From Candidatus Zhuqueibacterota bacterium (GTDB lineage Bacteria; Zhuqueibacterota; Zhuqueibacteria; Thermofontimicrobiales; Thermofontimicrobiaceae), in NCBI GenBank assembly GCA_016783825.1, contig JADHVV010000003.1, positions 45-64,044 of the forward strand: DNA of 64,000 nt, written 5' to 3'. A model generated the notes under the pieces. The model was not told the DNA's origin and ran no database searches. It saw nothing but the letters and a program-made list of their open reading frames with translations. Position numbers and translations under genes: made by a program. Shown here piece after piece: positions 56,780 through 64,000 of this stretch (position 1 is its first letter; each line of letters opens with the position of its first letter).

Positions 56780-57055
56780 CAAACAAATCTCAAATTCTAA
56801 TTTTTTAAACAAATTAGTGCCTGTCCGAAAACAAAGAAATTTTGAATTTTAACTGTCATTGCGAGGAGCGGAGCGACGAAGCAATCCCTTGATTTTTAAG
56901 AGATTGCTTCGCTCCTTCGTCGCTCGCAATGACAGCAAATATTTAAGTTAATTATTTTCCAGACAGCCACGAATTAGAGAACTTAATAGTCACAGCTTGA
57001 AATTTGAATTATTGATAATTGGAATTTGGCTATTGGAGCTTGGAATTTAAATTTT
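56713..57055. repeat. long-range word-built inverted repeat (AATTCCAAA / TTTGGAATT words) with a MITE in its loop
   Basis: Left arm cctaattccaaaatccaaaattccaaat...attcctaaatccaaata. Right arm aatttgaattattgataattggaatttggctattggagcttggaatttaaatttt. Confidence 0.5.
56810..56977. mobile_element. MITE-like nested palindrome, family B copy 2
   Basis: Termini are caaattagtgcctgtccgaaaa / ttttccagacagccacgaattag. The core hairpin is gtcattgcgaggagcggagcgacgaagcaatc...gattgcttcgctccttcgtcgctcgcaatgac. Confidence 0.55.
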
Positions 57056-57078
57056 AAATATTTCATACAAACAAAATT

Positions 57079-57585
57079 ATGAGATTTCTAAAAGCAATAA
57101 ATAATTTTTTAGCAAAGATAGAATCTGCTTTTCTAATTATACTTTTAACAAGCATGATTTTGATTGCCTTTTTGCAGGTGATCTTAAGAAATTTTTTCTT
57201 AACTTCCATTCTCTGGGGCGATATATTTTTACGCCACCTTGTTTTATGGGTGGGATTCCTCGGTGCGGCATTAGCTACAAAAGAGAGCAAACACATCAAT
57301 ATCGATGCCCTTTCCCGAATACTCTCTCCAACGTTAAAAAAAATTACAGGATTTATAACAAACCTATTTGCGGCGATTGTCTGTTTTTTCCTCGCAAAAG
57401 CTTCCTTTACTTTCATCGGCTATGAAAAAGAGAGTCAAAGCACATTATTTGCGGATATCCCAACCTGGATTTTTCAGACCATTATTGTTTTTGGTTTTGG
57501 CATTATTATGTTCCGTTTCCTGATCCATGCAATCGAAAGCTTATTAGCGCAAAAGAGTTCGAGCCAGGAGGAGCCAACAGCATGA
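57079..57585 (+). CDS. dctQ: TRAP transporter small permease (DctQ family)
   Basis: 168 aa, 4 TM. W.....R....W..FLGAA.A......HI.ID block. Confidence 0.85.
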   Translation: MRFLKAINNFLAKIESAFLIILLTSMILIAFLQVILRNFFLTSILWGDIFLRHLVLWVGFLGAALATKESKHINIDALSRILSPTLKKITGFITNLFAAIVCFFLAKASFTFIGYEKESQSTLFADIPTWIFQTIIVFGFGIIMFRFLIHAIESLLAQKSSSQEEPTA

Positions 57586-58853
57586 CAGAAATTTTAATTG
57601 GTCTGGCTTTAATACTTCTGGCACTGTTTGGCGCGCCCCTTTTTACGGTGATCGCTGCGATTGCGCTTTTGAGTTTTCATTTTGCTGAGATCGATACTGC
57701 GGCTGTCATCGTGGAATTGTACCGTTTAGCCAGTGCACCAACTTTGATTGCCATCCCTTTGTTCACTTTTGCGGGCTATGTTTTAGCTGAAAGCAAATCA
57801 CCCCAGCGATTGGTCGATCTTGCAAAAGCGTTATTCGGCTGGATGCCTGGTGGGTTAGCAATAGTGTCGCTGGTAACGTGCGCTTTTTTTACTGCTTTTA
57901 CCGGCGCTTCCGGTGTTACAATTGTTGCATTGGGTGGTTTACTATACCCGGTTTTGCTCAAAGAAGGTTATCCCGAAAAATTCTCTTTAGGATTGCTCAC
58001 ATCTTCCGGCAGCCTGGGACTTTTATTCCCGCCAAGTTTGCCAATCATTCTTTATGGCTTAGTCGCCAATATCAGCATCGATCAACTATTCCTTGCTGGA
58101 ATTTTACCGGGATTGTTACTCATAATTCTTTTGTCAGCTTATAGCGTCCGAAGAGGAACGGTAGCTGCCGTCCCTAAAACACCTTTCAATTGGAAGAATA
58201 TTTTTATTGCAATCAAGGGATCGGCGTGGGAAATTCCATTGCCATTTATTATTATTGGTGGAATTTACAGTGGCTTTTTCACTGCCACTGAAGCCGCTGC
58301 TGTAACTGCATTTTACGTGCTGTTCATTGAAGTTGTTGTTTACCGCGACCTGCACCTATTCAAAGATGTTCCCAGAATTATGAAAGAGTCCATGCTGCTC
58401 GTTGGCGCTATTCTGATCATTTTGGGTTGTGCCATGGGATTAACAAATTATCTCATTGACGAACAAATACCGATGAAAATATTGGAATTCATGCGCACTT
58501 TCATCAGCAGTAAAATCGTTTTTCTCATGTTGCTTAATCTTCTCCTTCTTATCGTTGGCTGCATGATGGACATGTTCTCAGCCATTATCGTGGTCGTTCC
58601 GCTCATCGTTCCCATCGCTGCTGAATTTGGTGTTGATCCGGTACACCTGGGAATTATCTTTCTCGCCAATTTAGAGATCGGTTATTTTACCCCGCCGGTT
58701 GGATTAAATTTGTTCATCTCCAGCTTTCGCTTTAATAAATCAGTATTCAAATTATACGCTTCGGCGCTTCCCTTCCTTATTATTTATTTAATTGCTCTGA
58801 TGATCATTACTTATGTGCCGGATTTGAGTTTGTGGTTGGTGAGGGTGTTTTAA
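57582..58853 (+). CDS. dctM: TRAP transporter large permease (DctM family)
   Basis: 423 aa, polytopic. Its start overlaps the dctQ stop by 4 nt. Confidence 0.92.
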   Translation: MTEILIGLALILLALFGAPLFTVIAAIALLSFHFAEIDTAAVIVELYRLASAPTLIAIPLFTFAGYVLAESKSPQRLVDLAKALFGWMPGGLAIVSLVTCAFFTAFTGASGVTIVALGGLLYPVLLKEGYPEKFSLGLLTSSGSLGLLFPPSLPIILYGLVANISIDQLFLAGILPGLLLIILLSAYSVRRGTVAAVPKTPFNWKNIFIAIKGSAWEIPLPFIIIGGIYSGFFTATEAAAVTAFYVLFIEVVVYRDLHLFKDVPRIMKESMLLVGAILIILGCAMGLTNYLIDEQIPMKILEFMRTFISSKIVFLMLLNLLLLIVGCMMDMFSAIIVVVPLIVPIAAEFGVDPVHLGIIFLANLEIGYFTPPVGLNLFISSFRFNKSVFKLYASALPFLIIYLIALMIITYVPDLSLWLVRVF

Positions 58854-58856
58854 GAT

Positions 58857-58881
58857 GGTCTCCACCTTCAAGGTGGAGACC
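58857..58881 (+). terminator. intrinsic terminator after dctM
   Basis: Perfect 10-bp stem ggtctccacc-ttcaa-ggtggagacc followed by attt. Confidence 0.7.
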
Positions 58882-58984
58882 ATTTATGCAACATTTTCTT
58901 ATCCATACCGTAATCCTAATCAAACACCTCATAATTAAACCACAATAATTTTCAACCAAAATAAAAATTTCAGGAGGAACCGCT

Positions 58985-61900
58985 TTGAAAAAAACTACTA
59001 TTCTATTAGCATTAATTTTAATGAATGTTACAGCATTCGCCCAATTGCCAAAATTCAACATGAAAGAAGTACGCTCAAAAATGATAGAGCAGAAACAAAA
59101 GAATTTTGAATTGATGAAAAAAGTTGAAAGTGAACGCACATCTAACCAGGAACAATATGACATCAAATATTATTCACTTGATTTGACGCCTGATCCAGTG
59201 ACTTCTGTTCTCACTGGAAAAGTTCAAGTCGTGGGGCAAGTTGTTTCATCTTCACTTGATTTTGTTGAATTGAACATCATCGACAATATGGAAATTACCG
59301 ACATTTATTTATCAGACACTCCCGAAACGAAACTCACCTACAACCGGAACAATCATATTTTAAACGTAAATTTAGAATCAAACTACACACAGGAGCAGCT
59401 ATTTGATTTTACGGTCGAATACTACGGCGCCCCCTGGTATGGATTTGGATTCAACTCTCATCGTGGTGAGCCAATGATCTGGTCATTGAGCCAGCCATAC
59501 GGTGCGCGCGCCTGGTGGCCCTGTAAAGATTTAGCCTCGGATAAGGCGGATTCGGTTGATATACGGGTAACTGTTCCTGAAGGATTAATCGTTGCATCCA
59601 ATGGAACCTTAATGGAGCAGACAACTCAAGGAGGTAATACGACATTCTGGTGGCATGAAAAATATCCCATTATCCCGTATTTGGTCTCCGTTGCAATTCA
59701 TCCATACACAGTAGAGTATGACGATTATATTTATAATGATGGTGCTGATACCATGAAAATTCATTTTTACATGTTTAGTGATAATGTAAACCGAAATAGA
59801 GAGATTAACCTGAAAGTCAAAGAAATGATCGCTTTCTTTTCTGATATTTTCGGACAATATCCTTTTGTCGAAGAAAAATATGGGCATGCCGATTTTTATG
59901 GCGGCGGCGCAATGGAGCATCAAACCTGTTCCAGTTTTTCATTTTGGAACGAATGGGTTTATGCACATGAATTGGCTCACCAATGGTGGGGCGACATGAT
60001 CACCTGTGAGAACTGGCATCACATCTGGTTAAACGAAGGTTTTGCAACTTACAGCGAAGCTTTGTGGACCGAATATGTTTACAGGGATGTTTCCCCGGAA
60101 GGAGTCGCCAGCACCTATCAAATGCAGGCGAGCCACTATTTAGGGCCTGGTACGGTTTACGTGGAGGATCCACTGACTGAACCAATTTTTCATGGCGGTT
60201 TGAGTTATAATAAAGGTTCCTGGGTGTTACACATGCTGCGGCATATCGTTGGTGAAGACGCTTTTTTTGACATTTTGAAAACATATTATAATTCGGTTCA
60301 CAAACATGGAACAGCAACTACTGAAGATTTTCAAGCGATTTGTGAACAGGTTTCAGGAATGGATTTGGAGTATTATTTTCAGCAATGGATTTATGAACCG
60401 GGTTACCCGATTTATGATTACGGTTGGACTTCAGAAATTCAGGGAGATGGCAATTACAAAATTTCCGGTTATATCGATCAGGTGCAAACCGATTACCCGC
60501 TATTCAAAATGCCGCTGGATATTTCAATTGTCTCCTTCGATACCGTGATAACGACTTACACGAAAATAATTGAAAACCAGACACATTCATTTGAGTATAT
60601 TTCTGAAGATGAACCCTGGTTGGTTTTATTGGACATGGGAAATTGGGTTTTGAAAGAAGTCAGGGAAAGTTTTGAACCGGAAATTGTTTTCAGCAGTTTT
60701 TCAATTGATGATTCGAATGGCAATAACAATGGCAAATGGGATGAAGGCGAAACCATTAATCTTTCCCTTGAAGTTACAAATTTGGGGATCGATGCTGATA
60801 ATATTTCCATAACTTTGTCATGCCCTCATGCAGCGGTTTCAATCGAAAATCCGACTGTGGAATTTGGCGATGTCAAACACCGCGTTGCCGTATCCAATAG
60901 TTCTTTACCTTTTGTATTGTCTCTTTCGGAAAATGTGCCCGGCGCCATTTCTCCGATGATTCTGCACATCACCGGTTCAAATAATTATTCAAATACGGAC
61001 AGCTTTTATATTGAAATGGGAAGTCCACATATTTTACTTGTAGATGATGATAATGGCGCAAATTATGAAGAATTCTATAAACCATTATTAACAAATTCCT
61101 TCATTTATGCTTTGCCATGGGAAAATCAAATCACCGGCTTGCCGACCGATACCCTGGAGAATTTTGATACGATTATTTGGTTCACCGGCGATGATAGAAA
61201 TACAACCCTGACGCAGGCAGAGCAGGCGTTGCTTAAAAATTTTCTGGACGGCGGTGGTAAATTATTACTTTCAGGACAAAATATCGGTTACGATCTAATT
61301 GAAGATGGAACCTATGAAGATTCCCTGTTTTATGCAAATTATTTGAAAGCAGAATATACCAGTGATAAAGCCGAACCAATCATGCTGCTCGGAAATCCTG
61401 ATGATGCAAATATGTTAGGAACATTCATCAATTTTAATGGTGGCTATGGCGGCGCTGCTAACCAGGATTCACCGGATATCATCAAAGAAATTGAGCCTGC
61501 CGCACAAATGTTGAAGTATTTGCCTTCCCAGGAAACTGCCGGTGTAAAATATATAAATGAATCATCCGGTTCCTTCCTTATCTACTTACCATTTGGAATT
61601 GAAGGTATTGCAGGACCTTATGAACACAGCGCAAATGAATTTATGAGCAAATGTATGACTTGGTTATCAGGCACTACAGATGTTAAAAAAGATATTTCAC
61701 AGAATAAGGTTCCGAAACAATATAGCCTGGGACAAAATTATCCCAACCCGTTTAATCCATCAACAGTGATAAATTATAAGCTGCCGGAAAAGACCGAAGT
61801 GTTGTTGACCATTTATAATTTGCTGGGACAAAAAATTATTACTTTGCTGCAAGCTGTACAACCGGCAGGTTCTTTTCATGTAACATGGGATGGAAAAGAT

Positions 61901-61993
61901 AGTAAAGGTTTGCAAGTTGCTGGTGGTGTTTATCTGTATCAATTGAATACGAATAATTTTTCAAAAACTAAAAAGATGGTTTTGGTCTATTAA
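58985..61993 (+). CDS. M1-family (aminopeptidase N-like) zinc metallopeptidase with an LLVDDDN module, T9SS cargo
   Basis: 1002 aa with a signal peptide. GAMEH, HELAHQWWGD...WLNEGFATY zinc site. HILLVDDDN module at about 61027-61440. QNYPNPFNPSTVINY C-terminal domain. Confidence 0.88.
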   Translation: MKKTTILLALILMNVTAFAQLPKFNMKEVRSKMIEQKQKNFELMKKVESERTSNQEQYDIKYYSLDLTPDPVTSVLTGKVQVVGQVVSSSLDFVELNIIDNMEITDIYLSDTPETKLTYNRNNHILNVNLESNYTQEQLFDFTVEYYGAPWYGFGFNSHRGEPMIWSLSQPYGARAWWPCKDLASDKADSVDIRVTVPEGLIVASNGTLMEQTTQGGNTTFWWHEKYPIIPYLVSVAIHPYTVEYDDYIYNDGADTMKIHFYMFSDNVNRNREINLKVKEMIAFFSDIFGQYPFVEEKYGHADFYGGGAMEHQTCSSFSFWNEWVYAHELAHQWWGDMITCENWHHIWLNEGFATYSEALWTEYVYRDVSPEGVASTYQMQASHYLGPGTVYVEDPLTEPIFHGGLSYNKGSWVLHMLRHIVGEDAFFDILKTYYNSVHKHGTATTEDFQAICEQVSGMDLEYYFQQWIYEPGYPIYDYGWTSEIQGDGNYKISGYIDQVQTDYPLFKMPLDISIVSFDTVITTYTKIIENQTHSFEYISEDEPWLVLLDMGNWVLKEVRESFEPEIVFSSFSIDDSNGNNNGKWDEGETINLSLEVTNLGIDADNISITLSCPHAAVSIENPTVEFGDVKHRVAVSNSSLPFVLSLSENVPGAISPMILHITGSNNYSNTDSFYIEMGSPHILLVDDDNGANYEEFYKPLLTNSFIYALPWENQITGLPTDTLENFDTIIWFTGDDRNTTLTQAEQALLKNFLDGGGKLLLSGQNIGYDLIEDGTYEDSLFYANYLKAEYTSDKAEPIMLLGNPDDANMLGTFINFNGGYGGAANQDSPDIIKEIEPAAQMLKYLPSQETAGVKYINESSGSFLIYLPFGIEGIAGPYEHSANEFMSKCMTWLSGTTDVKKDISQNKVPKQYSLGQNYPNPFNPSTVINYKLPEKTEVLLTIYNLLGQKIITLLQAVQPAGSFHVTWDGKDSKGLQVAGGVYLYQLNTNNFSKTKKMVLVY

Positions 61994-62149
61994 GGACAAA
62001 TGTCCGCTTGGTTGTTTGTTATTTTCTATTGTAATTATAAATCCAAATAACGCAATAGCCACGAAGACACAAGGGGGTAAACCCATAAGTTCGGAAAATA
62101 AAATAATTGAAAACAATCAAAAGAGTATTATTATAGCAAAATGATTAAT

Positions 62150-62305
62150 AGCAGAATAATTATAGTAAATAATATAATTTCATAAGATACAATATGTTAA
62201 TGATTAAGTATTTTAATCTATTATCATAGTTGTCGATTTGCATGCTGACAATGCAATACTATTCATTTTTTATCTTTTTATTATTCTGCTACAAATTATT
62301 CTGCT
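62150..62305. repeat. AGCAGAATAAT inverted-repeat module, copy 6
   Basis: agcagaataattatagtaaataat (62150-62173) vs ttattctgctacaaattattctgct (62281-62305). It lies between convergent genes. Confidence 0.55.
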
Positions 62306-62352
62306 ATTTTAGAAATGAAAACGAAAACCTAAAATTATGCTTTAAAATTAAT

Positions 62353-62386
62353 GGCGCCTCTTCATAATGAAGGGGCGCCTTTTTTA
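62353..62386. terminator. hairpin terminator between convergent genes
   Basis: ggcgcctcttca-taa-tgaaggggcgcc followed by a T-run on the plus strand. Confidence 0.55.
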
Positions 62387-62411
62387 TTACTTGGTCTAAA
62401 ATTGAAGATAG

Positions 62412-64000
62412 CTATTTCATCAACGCCATTTTTTTAGTACAAACAAACTCCCCGGCTTTGATCCGGTACAAATAAATTCCTGAAACCACTTTACTACCCA
62501 TTTCATTGCAGCCATCCCAACGGACTGTATGGTAACCGGCTTCCCGTACCCCGTTCTCTAAAATTTGCACCAGTTGTCCACGTATATTAAACACTGAAAT
62601 TTTAACGCGGCTTATTTTCGGTAGTTGATAATTTATTATTGTCTCAGGATTAAAAGGATTGGGATAATTCTGGTGAAGTATAAGCGATTGAGGCAGCATT
62701 TTATTATTTCGTACTATCCCTGTTTTTAATAACAACCGGTTGTAAAGATTTGCAAAAGGGGATAAAGCGATCTTCTGCTCATCAGTGTCTCTGCGAATAA
62801 GCCCGCAAAATCTCAAATACTTATCCAGTTCCGGGCCGCCGCTGCCGAAATTTTCCGGCGCGGTCAGGTTAAAATAGTAAAATCCATTAATGCCATTTTC
62901 CACAGACGAAGTTAGCGCGGTTTCGATGTATTCCTGTTGCCTGTTTTCGGAGAAGTACATGGCATCATCGGTTAGAAGAATACTGTCGGGGGGATCGTCT
63001 GTTTCTATGCCGGGATAACCTGTTTCCAGCAGCCAGACCTGCTTGTCCGGATAATCGAGCCCTTTCAAAACGCGCCTGATTGCCCAGACATATTCTCCCA
63101 CACTGAAGCCAAGCACAGGCAGCGCTGATGACAAATTGGGATAATAATTGAAACCAACAATATCCAAATCATCTACCCACCGTTCCAGCGAAGACATGAA
63201 ACCTAATATATGCAGCCCGGTAGTTATTTGTGCAGTTGGATCTTCGCTGCGAATGGCATCCACTAAAATAGCCCAAACCCGGTCTCTGAAATCTGCATCC
63301 AACCAGAGATCGCCTTTGCGCCACCATTCGGGGAAAGCGGCGGTCCAGCCGGCAGCATTTAATTCATTTTCTGCCTGCCAAACATCCACTTGATTAGCAA
63401 ATCTCCTGACAGTAGCCAATGCATAAATTTTTAAATTATAAAGATATTCATTACCGCTTACTCCCACAAAGCCATCAGCAGGCTCCCAGTCAGGAGTTGC
63501 GGGAGCAATTATTTTACCATTTTCAGTAAGCGGCAGTCCGTCCTGCAATCCCATACCGAGAAGCATAAATGGTGTTAACTCCCTGGCAAACCCGTTATCC
63601 AATATATTTTGGACATTTGCAAATCCTGTGGTATCCCAATGTTCACTATCTGCAAGAAAACTTTCGACCTGGTCAGGCGTGATATCAGCCGGATCCAGAT
63701 CTGCCCCTAAGTAAGCTTTCTTTTGGACATTTTTCCAGCGCGTTTCGATACGGTAACCGTTAATATCCAACTCATCCATTATTCCAAAAGCGGCATTTAC
63801 ACGTTGCGATTCATCCCATTCCGTGTGCCACATAAAGCCCCGTTGCAAACTCCAATAGATGAAACTGAAACCACCACTTGTTAGCCGGGAGCCTGCAACC
63901 TGTTCCGGTTCGATGTTAATAAAAGCGGTTGGATTTTCCGTGGTGCCCAACAGAAAGTTGATCTCTTCAACGAGTTGAACGATTCCCTGGTTTGTATCAT
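62412..64000 (-). CDS. TIM-barrel glycoside-hydrolase-like protein (clan GH-A style NE...E motifs), T9SS cargo, N-terminus beyond the window
   Basis: Frame is open to nt 64000. WQAENELN and VWLLETGYPG are candidate acid/base and nucleophile motifs. HQNYPNPFNPETIINY C-terminal domain. GH family not assigned. Confidence 0.55.
   Translation of the reverse strand, partial: DTNQGIVQLVEEINFLLGTTENPTAFINIEPEQVAGSRLTSGGFSFIYWSLQRGFMWHTEWDESQRVNAAFGIMDELDINGYRIETRWKNVQKKAYLGADLDPADITPDQVESFLADSEHWDTTGFANVQNILDNGFARELTPFMLLGMGLQDGLPLTENGKIIAPATPDWEPADGFVGVSGNEYLYNLKIYALATVRRFANQVDVWQAENELNAAGWTAAFPEWWRKGDLWLDADFRDRVWAILVDAIRSEDPTAQITTGLHILGFMSSLERWVDDLDIVGFNYYPNLSSALPVLGFSVGEYVWAIRRVLKGLDYPDKQVWLLETGYPGIETDDPPDSILLTDDAMYFSENRQQEYIETALTSSVENGINGFYYFNLTAPENFGSGGPELDKYLRFCGLIRRDTDEQKIALSPFANLYNRLLLKTGIVRNNKMLPQSLILHQNYPNPFNPETIINYQLPKISRVKISVFNIRGQLVQILENGVREAGYHTVRWDGCNEMGSKVVSGIYLYRIKAGEFVCTKKMALMK

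Noticed and set aside
1-64000. Genetic-code reassignment or general stop-codon readthrough, considered because in-frame TGA, TAA and TAG occur in conserved proteins.
   Set aside because: About 55 intact genes terminate normally at all three stop codons. Only the Prx TGA coincides with a catalytic Cys and a downstream hairpin. The TAA/TAG cases cluster with frameshifts and truncations, so decay is the simpler explanation.

Overview
This is an AT-rich 64-kb piece of a bacterial chromosome. It is most consistent with an anaerobic or microaerophilic member of the FCB superphylum (Ignavibacteria-like). Six proteins end in the NYPNPFNP-type T9SS sorting domain, Shine-Dalgarno sites are common, and rpsT has a textbook TTGACA-N17-TATATT promoter. 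I saw no rRNA, tRNA or CRISPR array.

Layout:
(1) 0-17 kb is a dense oxidative/nitrosative-stress and metal block. It holds msrA, a rubredoxin-reductase-like flavoprotein, an HAO-like octaheme cytochrome, three erythrin-like diiron proteins and rubrerythrin. It continues with a peroxiredoxin whose catalytic Cys codon is TGA (candidate selenoprotein with a SECIS-like hairpin), ferritin, hicAB, desulfoferrodoxin and a GC-rich (probably acquired) catalase. The block ends with reverse rubrerythrin, zupT, a pentaheme cytochrome paired with a heme-motif beta-barrel, two paralogous GCxCHG secreted proteins and a nitroreductase.
(2) 17.7-43.9 kb is a minus-strand accessory region. It encodes T9SS cargo, a hybrid HK/RR-AraC, a sigma54 activator, two Ser/Thr kinases, glnA, a C10 peptidase and an FGE-domain lipoprotein. 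It also has many broken reading frames, kinase 5' relics, an IS630 fragment and several repeat families.
(3) 44.2-50.3 kb is an arsR-acr3 metal island with a thiol-disulfide module.
(4) 50.4-64 kb holds rpsT, an NTase, lemA, cstA, a TatT-type TRAP transporter, an M1 peptidase and a partial glycosidase.

The most interesting non-genic signals are:
- A six-copy inverted-repeat module built on AGCAGAATAAT, mostly upstream of minus-strand genes.
- A general class of long 3'-end hairpins whose arms are tandem short 'words'.
- Modular nested MITEs.
- An iteron-like ATTGTCAAC array.

All calls come from reading the sequence and recalling motifs. No database search was run.
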